Below are positions 9,125 to 21,760 of a stretch of DNA of 64,000 nt, one piece after another. Source of the DNA: Candidatus Hydrogenedentota bacterium (GTDB taxonomy: Bacteria; Hydrogenedentota; Hydrogenedentia; Hydrogenedentales; JAEUWI01). The notes under the pieces are model-generated. The model saw only the letters and a list, made by a program, of their open reading frames with translations. It had not been told where the DNA came from and did not search any database. Position 1 is the stretch's first letter; each line of letters begins with the position of its first letter. The position numbers were made by a program, and so were the translations under genes. The stretch is taken from contig JAXMOL010000019.1 in assembly GCA_034669905.1 (NCBI GenBank), positions 32,001 to 96,000 on the forward strand, in the 5' to 3' direction.

Positions 9125-10380
9125 GGTGGCAAAAAAGAATCGTTCGACTGGGTGTCAATGCGGCCCTCGCATTCATGCTACTGCCCGAATTCGCACCGGT
9201 GGCGGCGGGACTGCGTGTGCACCCCGTAACCTTTCGCGTGGGCCCGAATCCGAGCGCTATCGTTGCGGTGGATATTAACGGCGACAAGTGGCCAGAGATC
9301 ATTACGGCCGATCGGGGGACCTTAAGCGATTTACGGGAAGAACGACCGGCCAACGATGAGCTTTCGTTGCTCATCGGCCAGGGCGACCTCAAGTATCAGA
9401 AACACCATCCTTCGCTGAAGACCGATTTCGGACCCTATGCCATTGCCGTAGCCAACATCGACGCACACCGCTGGCCCGACATCCTGGTGGCCAATTTCCA
9501 CGCCACCCGTCGGCGCGATGTCAGCCTCTTCCTGAATCTCCAGGAGGAGGGCATTTACAAGCCAGTCTATTTCGAAGTTCCCGGTGAGGCACTGACTTAT
9601 GCCCGCCAGGTCGACGGGGATGGCACCCCCATATTTCATACACCGGGGCTCACGTCGATCCAGGTGGGCGACACCAATAAGGACGGCTTGCGCGACGTGG
9701 TCGCAGTCGGTTGGGGCAGCGACTCACTCATCACGCTGGCGGGTGACTCCGAGGCGTTGCTGTTGCCCCCCAAAGCGACACCCCTCCGTGGCGGTCCCTT
9801 CTCGCTGGTTCTGGTGGATATCAACCACGACAAGATTCTGGATGTGGCCGTCACACTGATGGCGAGCAATGAGATCGCCGTATTGCGTGGGGATGGTCAT
9901 GGGGGCTTTGAAGAAGTCCAACGCTTTGCCAGCCGTGGACGACTCCCCCATCGGCTGGAGAGTGCCGACATCAACCAGGACGGTCAAGAGGATCTGGTGG
10001 TGTCCCACAAGTATACGGATGACTCCATCATGATCTTTTATGGCGCGGGCGATTTTTCCTTTCCGGTGTCCCAGGAAATCTTGTTGGGCCCGGATCGGGA
10101 TGTGCTTGAACATGAGATTCGGGATATTACCATCGGCGACTTCAACCAGGATGGATTTCCCGACATCGCGGCAGCCTGCTTTGAATCCGCCCAGGTGATT
10201 ACCTTGATCACCGACAACAGCAAGAACAAATCGTTCCTTGAATTCCAGCGGGCGAGCCATACTTTCAAAGACGGAAAGCCCCGTGCACTGGACACGGCCG
10301 ATCTGAATCTGGACGAGAAAGATGACATCGTTGTCGCCTTGTGGGGCCTCAATGAAGTCGGCATTCTTCTCAATCAGTAG
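9121..10380 (+). CDS. secreted FG-GAP/VCBS-repeat beta-propeller protein
   Basis: Signal peptide and about 7 DxNxDGxxD-like repeats (DINGDKWPE, NIDAHRWPD, DTNKDGLRD, DINHDKILD, DINQDGQED, DFNQDGFPD, DLNLDEKDD). Confidence 0.85.
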   Translation: MRWQKRIVRLGVNAALAFMLLPEFAPVAAGLRVHPVTFRVGPNPSAIVAVDINGDKWPEIITADRGTLSDLREERPANDELSLLIGQGDLKYQKHHPSLKTDFGPYAIAVANIDAHRWPDILVANFHATRRRDVSLFLNLQEEGIYKPVYFEVPGEALTYARQVDGDGTPIFHTPGLTSIQVGDTNKDGLRDVVAVGWGSDSLITLAGDSEALLLPPKATPLRGGPFSLVLVDINHDKILDVAVTLMASNEIAVLRGDGHGGFEEVQRFASRGRLPHRLESADINQDGQEDLVVSHKYTDDSIMIFYGAGDFSFPVSQEILLGPDRDVLEHEIRDITIGDFNQDGFPDIAAACFESAQVITLITDNSKNKSFLEFQRASHTFKDGKPRALDTADLNLDEKDDIVVALWGLNEVGILLNQ

Positions 10381-10390
10381 GCGTTCACCA

Positions 10391-12631
10391 TCAGCTCTTC
10401 GGAACGTCGTTATCCAGGGGCTTCAGCGTCCGTAGCCCACGCTTCAATTCCGCCAACTGGTCGGGGGGCAATGGTGAACCGCCAAATCGGACGGTGTTAT
10501 AGCACGCCAGGAGCTTCATGGCACCTTCGGGTGCCCCCCAGGTGGGTGAAGCAAGGGTTGCTTCCAGTTCCTCAGCCGTTTTTCCGCGACAATCCACACC
10601 ATGCTTCCGCAGGAGCCGGCGCAACGCCAAATAAAGTTCAATCACCTTTAGTTGGTCCGGCGTCATCTCAAAGGGACTGGGGGCCGGGCGTTTTCGAATC
10701 CGAAAGAGCAACCAGAGCGCGAGACTGAAGGAGAGCGCCAACATAAACAGATTAGACATGCCGGTTCGGTTGCTTCCCGAACTAACGGCGCCCCCCGCCC
10801 CAGCACCTTCCTCTTCTTCTTCCCCGGTGAAGTTTCGCACGAAGCCCAGGGACAACTCGCGCAACCGCTGCAGGTGGCTGGCCCGATCAAAACCCACGAT
10901 CTCCTGGAACCAGAACATCTTGGCCTTCAGTCCAATGCGGGAAAGCATGAGGGCCAGGCGCTGCATCTGGGTGGATTGGAAGTTGTCGGACTGGGGCGAC
11001 GGGTCAAAAATAACCCACCCGATTTCGGGGAACCAGACTTCGACCCACAGATGGGCCATGCTGGCCCGCACAGTATAGGTCGCATCCGATGCCTCCCACT
11101 CTCCGCCGCGGTAGCCACTGACAACCCGGGTGGGAATCCCCTGACTCCGCAGCATGAGGGCCATGGCGGTGGCGAACAATTCACAATGCCCGAGCCTGGT
11201 GCGATTGATAAACGTATCTATCACCGGCCCCGTTCCCATATCCGGGATGCTCAGGGAATAGAGGTAATCGGGACCACTTAGATATTCCTCAATGGCCACA
11301 GCCTTGTCATAGGCATTGCTGGCGTCCGCTGTAATTCGATTCGCCAGGGCTACGGATTGGGGAGAAAGGTCGTATTCGAGAAACTCGATCCCCCGGTTAC
11401 TGCCTGGAGTCAACGCGAAATCTGGTGCGGCCCGCAACTGCTCCACCGATGGGCGCTCCGGTTCAGACCAGGCTTCATAATTCAACCGGTTGACCGAACC
11501 GGCCTTGTCCAGCACGACGGTCAGGTCCCCATCATTCCCCCATCGCAGCCGCTTTCCACGGGGGCTATCTGAAATCCGCATCGACTGCACCAGACTCATG
11601 GCCGGCACACCGGTACTCGGCGCCTTGTCCAGGTAGATGAGCTGACGGACAAGCCGTTTCCCCGCCCGGGGCGTACGACTGAGCTCCGAGTGACCACCAC
11701 GTTGCCGCGTGAAGCTGCTTGGATCCGTGATCATGGCGCGGCGATGTGCAATACCGGGATCAATTAATCCACCAAACTGGCGCTGCCAGGTATTTCCCAC
11801 ATATTTCCCCAGGGTGGTCACCCGCCAGTAGAGCCAGTCATTCGTCGGCACCTGGCCGTTGGGCTCATCGGGAAAGCGCACCATCAGAACGGGCGTATTG
11901 TCCAATTCGATGGTCATCCCAGAATCGAGCTCTACTTCCTCTGAAAGGCCGGTTCGCTCGACCACATCCTGGCTGCGCCCGAAAATACCTGCCTCGATCC
12001 GTGGCGTCAGCACGAAAAACAGCACGGTCATGGAAACCATGATGACCGAAAGCCCCGTAGCCGCGAGTGGCATGCTGGCGCGTCCCCCGGCGAGCTTACC
12101 ATGGAATTCGGGATTGTCCATGTTGTCGAGCCCCACGATCTCCGGCTCGGTAAGCGTCTCGGCCGAAGCCTGCTCCGCGGCCATACGAAGCGCCAGGCTT
12201 GCCCACACGGCGCTGATAAGAAAGCAGACCATGATGATACCGATGAGCGGGTCTGGCGACTGCACGCACGCCGCCAGCAGGAGAAAGAGGGACATGAGGT
12301 GGAGATGGTAGTAGTTTCGCGCCTCTTTCTGGTGCAACAGGGTATACAGCTGGATGTAGCAAACCAGAACGGTTACCGCATTCAGCACATGGAGCGAGAT
12401 GACGGTGAGGGGCAGGAAGCACAAGTAGGCGATGGTAATGCCGCGTGTCACAACCCCATAGGCCGGGTAACGGGCATGAAGGTATTCCGCCGGGCGCACA
12501 CACGCCAGGGCAATCAGCGGGGGAAAAAGGACGGCCGGGCCGATCTGGGGCACGGAGGAAAGGGCCCAGTAGCCACACAAAACCAGTGCGGCGGTGGACC
12601 AGCGTAGCATGGGCATTTTTCTACTATCCAT
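10391..12631 (-). CDS. membrane transglutaminase-like protein (TgpA/DUF3488 type)
   Basis: Multi-TM N-terminus; intact Cys-His-Asp triad (GHCELFA, HLWVEV, FDPSP); C-terminal TM plus DUF4129-like tail. Confidence 0.88.
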   Translation of the reverse strand: MDSRKMPMLRWSTAALVLCGYWALSSVPQIGPAVLFPPLIALACVRPAEYLHARYPAYGVVTRGITIAYLCFLPLTVISLHVLNAVTVLVCYIQLYTLLHQKEARNYYHLHLMSLFLLLAACVQSPDPLIGIIMVCFLISAVWASLALRMAAEQASAETLTEPEIVGLDNMDNPEFHGKLAGGRASMPLAATGLSVIMVSMTVLFFVLTPRIEAGIFGRSQDVVERTGLSEEVELDSGMTIELDNTPVLMVRFPDEPNGQVPTNDWLYWRVTTLGKYVGNTWQRQFGGLIDPGIAHRRAMITDPSSFTRQRGGHSELSRTPRAGKRLVRQLIYLDKAPSTGVPAMSLVQSMRISDSPRGKRLRWGNDGDLTVVLDKAGSVNRLNYEAWSEPERPSVEQLRAAPDFALTPGSNRGIEFLEYDLSPQSVALANRITADASNAYDKAVAIEEYLSGPDYLYSLSIPDMGTGPVIDTFINRTRLGHCELFATAMALMLRSQGIPTRVVSGYRGGEWEASDATYTVRASMAHLWVEVWFPEIGWVIFDPSPQSDNFQSTQMQRLALMLSRIGLKAKMFWFQEIVGFDRASHLQRLRELSLGFVRNFTGEEEEEGAGAGGAVSSGSNRTGMSNLFMLALSFSLALWLLFRIRKRPAPSPFEMTPDQLKVIELYLALRRLLRKHGVDCRGKTAEELEATLASPTWGAPEGAMKLLACYNTVRFGGSPLPPDQLAELKRGLRTLKPLDNDVPKS

Positions 12632-13697
12632 TGACCAACTCCCGCGGGTCCAGCACCCGTCCGTGATCGGTGGCCATACCCCACGCCTGGGGATCGGGCG
12701 AAATCAGGAAAACGGCGGCATTGGCCGAGTCAATGGCCGAAATCTGGTGGTCGATGGCCGTTTCTTTGTCGGCCACAACCACACTGGCCAGCAGTTCGAG
12801 TACCCGTCGTTCGTGCCCTTTTCCATCCCCCCCTTCCAGGAAGCCTTTGGAAGTGACAATGGAGACTTCATTGCGGCGACGGAGCAGCATAATGGCGATG
12901 GAGGCCGTCAACTCGATGGCCTGCTCGAAACGCTCATTAAAGTCTTCGACCCCTGGGTTGTAGGTCGTGTCCAAGGCCAGCACGACGAGTCGGCTTTGAT
13001 ATTGAGCCAGCTCCCGCACAATCCACTTGTCGAGACGGGCACTTATCCGCCACACGATCCGTCGGATGTCATCGCCGGGCACGTATTCACGCAATCCGAA
13101 ATACTCATCCCCATCGTCGGTAGACTGATTGCTGACTTTTCCTGCGCTGGGAATGCGTTGGAAGGCGCTGGCGCGGATCATATGAACCCGGGGGTAGACC
13201 AATACCTTGGAGCCGTCCTGGAAGCCCCGGCAGCGTTCCACCAGGCCAAAGGGGAATCCGCACACGATGCGATAGCCGGCCAGCAGGTGCTCACCGCGCT
13301 TCTCAAAGCACTCTTCCACACTCAGGCGGGCGGCCTGCCCAGCGGGCAAATGACCCACATAGCCACTGGTCCGCCGCGAATCGCTGTCCAGTTCGAGGCG
13401 GAGTGAAACCGCGGGAAACCATTTCCGGTGGTTTTCCAGACGCACATGGACCTGGAAGGGCTGGTCCCGATAGGCGGCCTTGGGCGCAATGCGGTGCAGC
13501 GTAATGTCTCTCAGCAAGAAGAGCGAAAGCAGCAGGGAGAAAACGACAAAACTGCTGAGTCCCCCGACCACGATGTAGAGAAGGTTGGTGCCGGTATTCC
13601 AGGCGGCGAGAAGGGAGAGTACCAGAATAACGACGTAACCCCAACCAACCGGGGTAAAGCGTGTATATCCCCGCGCTTTACGGGCGGCGCTCCTCAT
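12624..13697 (-). CDS. DUF58 domain protein
   Basis: N-terminal TMs, FPFGL, EYFGLREYVPGDDIRRIVWRISAR; MoxR operon context. Confidence 0.9.
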   Translation of the reverse strand: MRSAARKARGYTRFTPVGWGYVVILVLSLLAAWNTGTNLLYIVVGGLSSFVVFSLLLSLFLLRDITLHRIAPKAAYRDQPFQVHVRLENHRKWFPAVSLRLELDSDSRRTSGYVGHLPAGQAARLSVEECFEKRGEHLLAGYRIVCGFPFGLVERCRGFQDGSKVLVYPRVHMIRASAFQRIPSAGKVSNQSTDDGDEYFGLREYVPGDDIRRIVWRISARLDKWIVRELAQYQSRLVVLALDTTYNPGVEDFNERFEQAIELTASIAIMLLRRRNEVSIVTSKGFLEGGDGKGHERRVLELLASVVVADKETAIDHQISAIDSANAAVFLISPDPQAWGMATDHGRVLDPRELVNG

Positions 13698-14644
13698 TAG
13701 ACCGGTACATCCGTATTCGCAACTATTTCGCGTATGACACGCGCCCGTTCCTGGGTGGCAATGGTCAGGTCGGCCCCGCGACTCTTCACCAGAATTCGAT
13801 GACTCAAGACGTGCACCGCCATATCCTTGACGTCCCCGGGTGTGACGTAATCCCGGCCTTCCACAAGGGCCTTGGCCTGGCAGACTTCGTAATACGTCAA
13901 CGAGCCACGGGGGCTTGCGCCCAATTGAACCTGCTCGTGATTTCGCGTGCCCTGCACAATACGCAGCAGGTAGTGAGCAACCGAGTCGTCCACCTTGACC
14001 TCACCGACTTTGTCCTGCAGGGCCAACACGTCCTCCACCGAAAGCACGGGCTTCATATCGTGGATCGCCTTTTGCGGATCACGTCTGCGCATGATGCGGA
14101 TTTCATCTTCCGACGGGGGATACCCCATCTCGACCCGCAACGCGAATCGGTCCAACTGGGACTCCGGCAAGATGTACGTGCCCTCATGCTCCACCGGGTT
14201 CTGCGTGGCGAGTACCATGAAAGGCCGTGGCAGGTCATGGGTTGTCCCATCGACCGAGACCTGAAACTCACTCATGGCTTCCATGAGTGCGCTCTGGGTC
14301 TTCGGCGGGGTGCGGTTGATTTCGTCGGCGAGAACGATACTGGCAAAGATGGGGCCACGCCGAAACTCGAAGTCGTTGGTCTTGTGGTCGAGAATGGACA
14401 CGCCAAGAATATCGGAGGGTAACATGTCGCTGGTAAACTGGACCCGATTAAAGGAGCAGTCCAGCGACCGCGCGATACTCTGTGCGATGGTGGTTTTTCC
14501 GATACCGGGCACGTCCTCAATGAGAATATGCCCCCGGGCGAGCAGCCCGATGACGCAGAGTTGAACCACGTCATGCTTGCCGTAAACTACCTGTTCGATA
14601 CTGCCCAACAACTGCTGAATCTTCGCCGTTACCTGTTCGTCCAT
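13697..14644 (-). CDS. moxR: MoxR family AAA+ ATPase (start moved to ATG 14644)
   Basis: HILIEDVPGIGKT, RVQFTSDMLPSD, LADEINR, ATQNPVE, LPESQLDRF, GASPR. Confidence 0.95.
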   Translation of the reverse strand: MDEQVTAKIQQLLGSIEQVVYGKHDVVQLCVIGLLARGHILIEDVPGIGKTTIAQSIARSLDCSFNRVQFTSDMLPSDILGVSILDHKTNDFEFRRGPIFASIVLADEINRTPPKTQSALMEAMSEFQVSVDGTTHDLPRPFMVLATQNPVEHEGTYILPESQLDRFALRVEMGYPPSEDEIRIMRRRDPQKAIHDMKPVLSVEDVLALQDKVGEVKVDDSVAHYLLRIVQGTRNHEQVQLGASPRGSLTYYEVCQAKALVEGRDYVTPGDVKDMAVHVLSHRILVKSRGADLTIATQERARVIREIVANTDVPV

Positions 14645-14749
14645 TCTCGCTCCAGAGGCCAGGCTACGGGGCGTCCCGAAGGGTCGCTCCGCGCCATTTG
14701 TGACAAGTTTCTTACAGCATGTCAATACGATAGAAAAAACAATACGAAA

Positions 14750-15715
14750 CTATAACCAACGCTCAAACCAGTCGTCGGCCATGTCCAGCGTTTCAAAGGT
14801 AACCTGATGCCCGTCGTCATGGCTGAAATGTTCGATAGCCTGGGGCGCGCCAAAATATTTATAGAGCCGGGCTGCCTGCGACACGGCGTCTGCGCAACTT
14901 TCGGGATTGCTCACGGCGGCATCCGTCATGGCCGTGATTACCAGGATAGCGCTCGGGGCAGCCATGGCCATGAGATGTTCCCAGTCAAAGGCCAACTCCC
15001 CGGCATCCAAGACCGCCTTCAGCTTGGGCAGCAGATTGATGGGACCCTCCTCGGACCAACGTCCAGGATTCGCATCTGTACTGAATCGGGAAAACCCGCA
15101 ACTGGCTACACAGCTCTGTACCCGGCGGTCCATGGCGGCAAGTAACAGGGCGTTGGCACCACCGAGACCGTGGCCTACCACGCCAATTCGTGCCCCGTCG
15201 ACCCGATCTTCCTGCTCTAACACATCCAAGGCGTGCTGGTGATCCACCAGCATTTTCCCCATGAGCGACATGGTCGGATTATCCTGGTAGAACATGGTGG
15301 CGTCATAGGCTTCTGAACGGCTGGAAATACGCTCCCCGGCCGTAATACAGTCGGGCGCAATGGTCACGTAGCCCCGCTCGGCATAATGCTGGGCCAGGGC
15401 CATCCGCCCATTCCCCTCCAAGCCGGCACATTCATCTTTCCCCTGGCGACATTCCTGATGACAGCACAGCATGGCCGGGGCCTCGTCACGCCCTTCCGGC
15501 AGAAACATCCACGCCGACACCCGTGTCCAATCGTCCACAAAATAATTTACCCGGCGTCGAACGTAGTTTGGAAAGTCGACCTCGTCGGTGATATTAAACT
15601 GCAGGTCTACCCGCTTATCCGGGCGCTCGCCCAGCATGTCGTCCACGGCGGCGGCAATTTCTTTGCGCGCTTTGGACCAACTGGCGGCACTTTCCAATGA
15701 ATTCAAATCTACCAT
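14750..15715 (-). CDS. alpha/beta hydrolase fold protein (dienelactone hydrolase/acetyl xylan esterase-like) with the nucleophile apparently absent
   Basis: GYVTIAPD, RVDGARIGVVGHGLGG, C-terminal HDDGH. GGAG RBS before ATG 15715; the longer 498-aa ORF overlaps ligA head-to-head. Confidence 0.8.
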   Translation of the reverse strand: MVDLNSLESAASWSKARKEIAAAVDDMLGERPDKRVDLQFNITDEVDFPNYVRRRVNYFVDDWTRVSAWMFLPEGRDEAPAMLCCHQECRQGKDECAGLEGNGRMALAQHYAERGYVTIAPDCITAGERISSRSEAYDATMFYQDNPTMSLMGKMLVDHQHALDVLEQEDRVDGARIGVVGHGLGGANALLLAAMDRRVQSCVASCGFSRFSTDANPGRWSEEGPINLLPKLKAVLDAGELAFDWEHLMAMAAPSAILVITAMTDAAVSNPESCADAVSQAARLYKYFGAPQAIEHFSHDDGHQVTFETLDMADDWFERWL

Positions 15716-15793
15716 GCGTTGCTTTCTCCACACTTGCACTCGGTCAACTGAGTACGTTGTAACGCATGGCAGTAAGCTACTGCAAGCCGGTAG

Positions 15794-19116
<3,323 letters not shown>

Positions 19117-19180
19117 TTCCGACCATGAGCAGACCACAGAAAGAGCCCGTCTCCCCACGCCGAACACCTGGAGTACGTCT

Positions 19181-19945
19181 GTGAGCGCGCCTCTCGTAGC
19201 CGTGAAGGATTTGGTGGCCCACTACGGGGATACGCTGATCCTGGACAACGTTTCCTGCAGCGTAAATCCGGGCGAAATTTTTGTCATCGTGGGCGGCAGC
19301 GGCTGCGGCAAGACCACCCTGTTGCGCCATATGTGTGGTCTTCATGCCGCCACTTCCGGAAGCATTATCTACCGCGAGCAGGATATCACCCAGCTGGATG
19401 AAGATGAACTGGCCCGGCTGCAGCGCACTATCGGCATCGCCTTTCAGTCGAGTGGCCTGTTCAACTCCATGACCGTAGGCGACAACGTCGCCCTCCCGAT
19501 ACGGGAATATGGCGATGTGGACGAGCGGCTGATAGATGCGATCGTGCGCATGAAATTGAGTTTTGTGGGCCTCGGTGATTCTGGCCACCTTATGCCCAGC
19601 GAGCTTTCGGGGGGCATGCGAAAACGGGCCGGGCTCGCCCGGGCCATCGCGCTCGACCCCCCACTCGTATATTTTGACGAACCGTCCGCCGGACTCGACC
19701 CCATCATGGCGGCGGGGCTCGATGAATTAATTCTGGACATGCGCGATTTGCTCGGACTCACCTTCGTGATTGTCACCCATGAGCTGGATTCCATTCGCAC
19801 GGTCGCCGATCGCATTCTGATGTTGGATCGGGGCAAGGCTATTTTTACCGGTACCGTAGAAGAAGCGGAGCACTCCGACGTGGAGCGGGTCAAGCAACTG
19901 TTCGAACGGCGGCCCGACGAGTTCATCGCCCAACGCAATGTTTAA
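19181..19945 (+). CDS. MlaF-family ABC ATP-binding protein (start moved to GTG 19181)
   Basis: GGSGCGKT, LSGGMRKRAGLARA, DEPSAGLDP, VTHE; GGAG RBS at 19170. Confidence 0.92.
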   Translation: MSAPLVAVKDLVAHYGDTLILDNVSCSVNPGEIFVIVGGSGCGKTTLLRHMCGLHAATSGSIIYREQDITQLDEDELARLQRTIGIAFQSSGLFNSMTVGDNVALPIREYGDVDERLIDAIVRMKLSFVGLGDSGHLMPSELSGGMRKRAGLARAIALDPPLVYFDEPSAGLDPIMAAGLDELILDMRDLLGLTFVIVTHELDSIRTVADRILMLDRGKAIFTGTVEEAEHSDVERVKQLFERRPDEFIAQRNV

Positions 19946-20001
19946 CGGGGTGGTCCCTGAGGCAGCCCGACGCTGCCCCTCCCCCCTCTTAGGAGTACAA
20001 C

Positions 20002-20985
20002 GTGGCCACGAAAAAAGTTAAGGCGAAAGTCGGTGTGTTTCTGACGGTCTGCTTTGCCATTATGATTGGCGGCATCGTCTACATATCCGGACTGTACAAC
20101 GACGCGGGCATGCACTTCTGGCTCGAATTTGAAGACTCCGTACTCGGGGTCTATGAAGGCGGTATTGTCCAATACATCGGTGTGCCGGTGGGCAAGGTAT
20201 CGGATATCGCCGTTACGTCCAACAACCGTGCCCATATTGAGATTATTATCAACCCCGACAAGGTGACCCTCCATCGGGGGGTAGAGGCCCAGTTGGTGCT
20301 TTACAGCCTGGCGGCAGGCACCATGGCCATTGAACTCTCCGGCGGTGATCCCGACAAGGGCCCCCTCCCGGCCAACAGTGAAATCCCCGCCCGTGCCTCG
20401 GCCTTTGCCTCCATCAGCACCAAAGTGGAAGAGCTGATGGATGATGCCTCGTCCATCATCGACAAGGTCAACGTGGGGCTCAGTGGCATGGAGTCCGGCG
20501 ATCTGGCCAAGATCGTCGAGCGTGCCCAGAACGTGATGGAAGAGATCGAAGGGCTGCTTTCTGAAACGCGCAGCACCATGGGGTCGACTCGGGAGCTCAT
20601 CGCAAAGGTCGAAGACCGCATTGACCCCGTGCTCGATGAAGTCGTCTCCCTGAGCTCAGAACTACGAAGTACGTCGGGTGATGCGAGTGACTTTCTGAAA
20701 GTGGCCACGAAGAAAGCCGAAGCCCTGGACGTCGAAGGGATCGGTGGACAGGTGGACGATGTATTGACACAGATAACCGAACTTGCGGTTCAACTCAATA
20801 AGTCGGTGGATACACTGGACAACTCCTCGGTCACCATGTTGCACAAGGCCGACAATATCGAATTCACATTCCGGAGCACCCTGCTGGAAACGACCGACAC
20901 CCTGTTGGCCCTGGAAGCCCTGGTAAAACAACTGAGAGAAAACCCCTCCTCGCTTCTGCGTGGCAAAGGGAGGATTAAGGAATGA
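20002..20985 (+). CDS. MCE/MlaD family protein
   Basis: N-terminal TM, VQYIGVPVGKV MCE motif, long helical C-terminus ending NPSSLLRG. Confidence 0.9.
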   Translation: MATKKVKAKVGVFLTVCFAIMIGGIVYISGLYNDAGMHFWLEFEDSVLGVYEGGIVQYIGVPVGKVSDIAVTSNNRAHIEIIINPDKVTLHRGVEAQLVLYSLAAGTMAIELSGGDPDKGPLPANSEIPARASAFASISTKVEELMDDASSIIDKVNVGLSGMESGDLAKIVERAQNVMEEIEGLLSETRSTMGSTRELIAKVEDRIDPVLDEVVSLSSELRSTSGDASDFLKVATKKAEALDVEGIGGQVDDVLTQITELAVQLNKSVDTLDNSSVTMLHKADNIEFTFRSTLLETTDTLLALEALVKQLRENPSSLLRGKGRIKE

Positions 20986-21617
20986 CCATGGTACGTTTGA
21001 TATGCGGTTGTGTGGCCGTGGGCACCTTGCTTTCCGGATGCCTGACCCCTAAGACGGTCGAGCCCACGCGTTTCTATACACTTTCCCCCGCCGCCTTGCA
21101 TTCCGGGGAGCCCACGTATCCCGGTGCACTTGGCATCCGTCCCCTCCTGGCGGCACGGCCCTATAAGTTGGAAATCGCCTATCGGGCGGAGACGAATCGG
21201 TTGGCCTATTTCCCCAAATCGGAGTGGGCAGAGCTACCGGGCACCATGGTGAGTCGGGCGCTCTCCGATGGTATCACCCGTAACCACCTCTTCGAGGACA
21301 CGGGCGACGCCGCGACCATGTCGCGTCCCGATTACCTGTTTACCGGTGAGTTGCGCCGATTCGAGGCCGATTATTCGGGAGCGTCACCGGCGTTTGTGGT
21401 GGAAGCCTCGTTCAGCATTCGTGCTGCCCTCTCCGGAGAAGGGCTCTGGCGCAAGGTCGTCGATGTACGCATACCCATCAGTCCCCGGGATGTGACCAGC
21501 GCGAATAACGACACCCTGTCCGAAATCGCCCAAGCCGCCAGCGAAGCCGTCACGAAATTGACCGAGCTGGTCGCTGCGGACATCCGGGAACAATTGAAGG
21601 CCGAAACGGCCCCGTGA
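20982..21617 (+). CDS. PqiC-like ABC transport auxiliary lipoprotein
   Basis: Lipobox LSGC, RFYTL, WAELP, GELRRFE; last gene of the MCE operon. Confidence 0.85.
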   Translation: MTMVRLICGCVAVGTLLSGCLTPKTVEPTRFYTLSPAALHSGEPTYPGALGIRPLLAARPYKLEIAYRAETNRLAYFPKSEWAELPGTMVSRALSDGITRNHLFEDTGDAATMSRPDYLFTGELRRFEADYSGASPAFVVEASFSIRAALSGEGLWRKVVDVRIPISPRDVTSANNDTLSEIAQAASEAVTKLTELVAADIREQLKAETAP

Positions 21618-21760
21618 CCTTGTTTATCGTTCCCGGTGCTCCGTGCCTCTGGCCGCCGTGCAACGTGAACACCGGGTGAAACTGGCGCCGAGCTGCGGGC
21701 AGGGAGACGGAGCGGCTTCGCCCTGGAAGGGGTGCGCATCCTGCCGCTCCCTTCGGCCTG

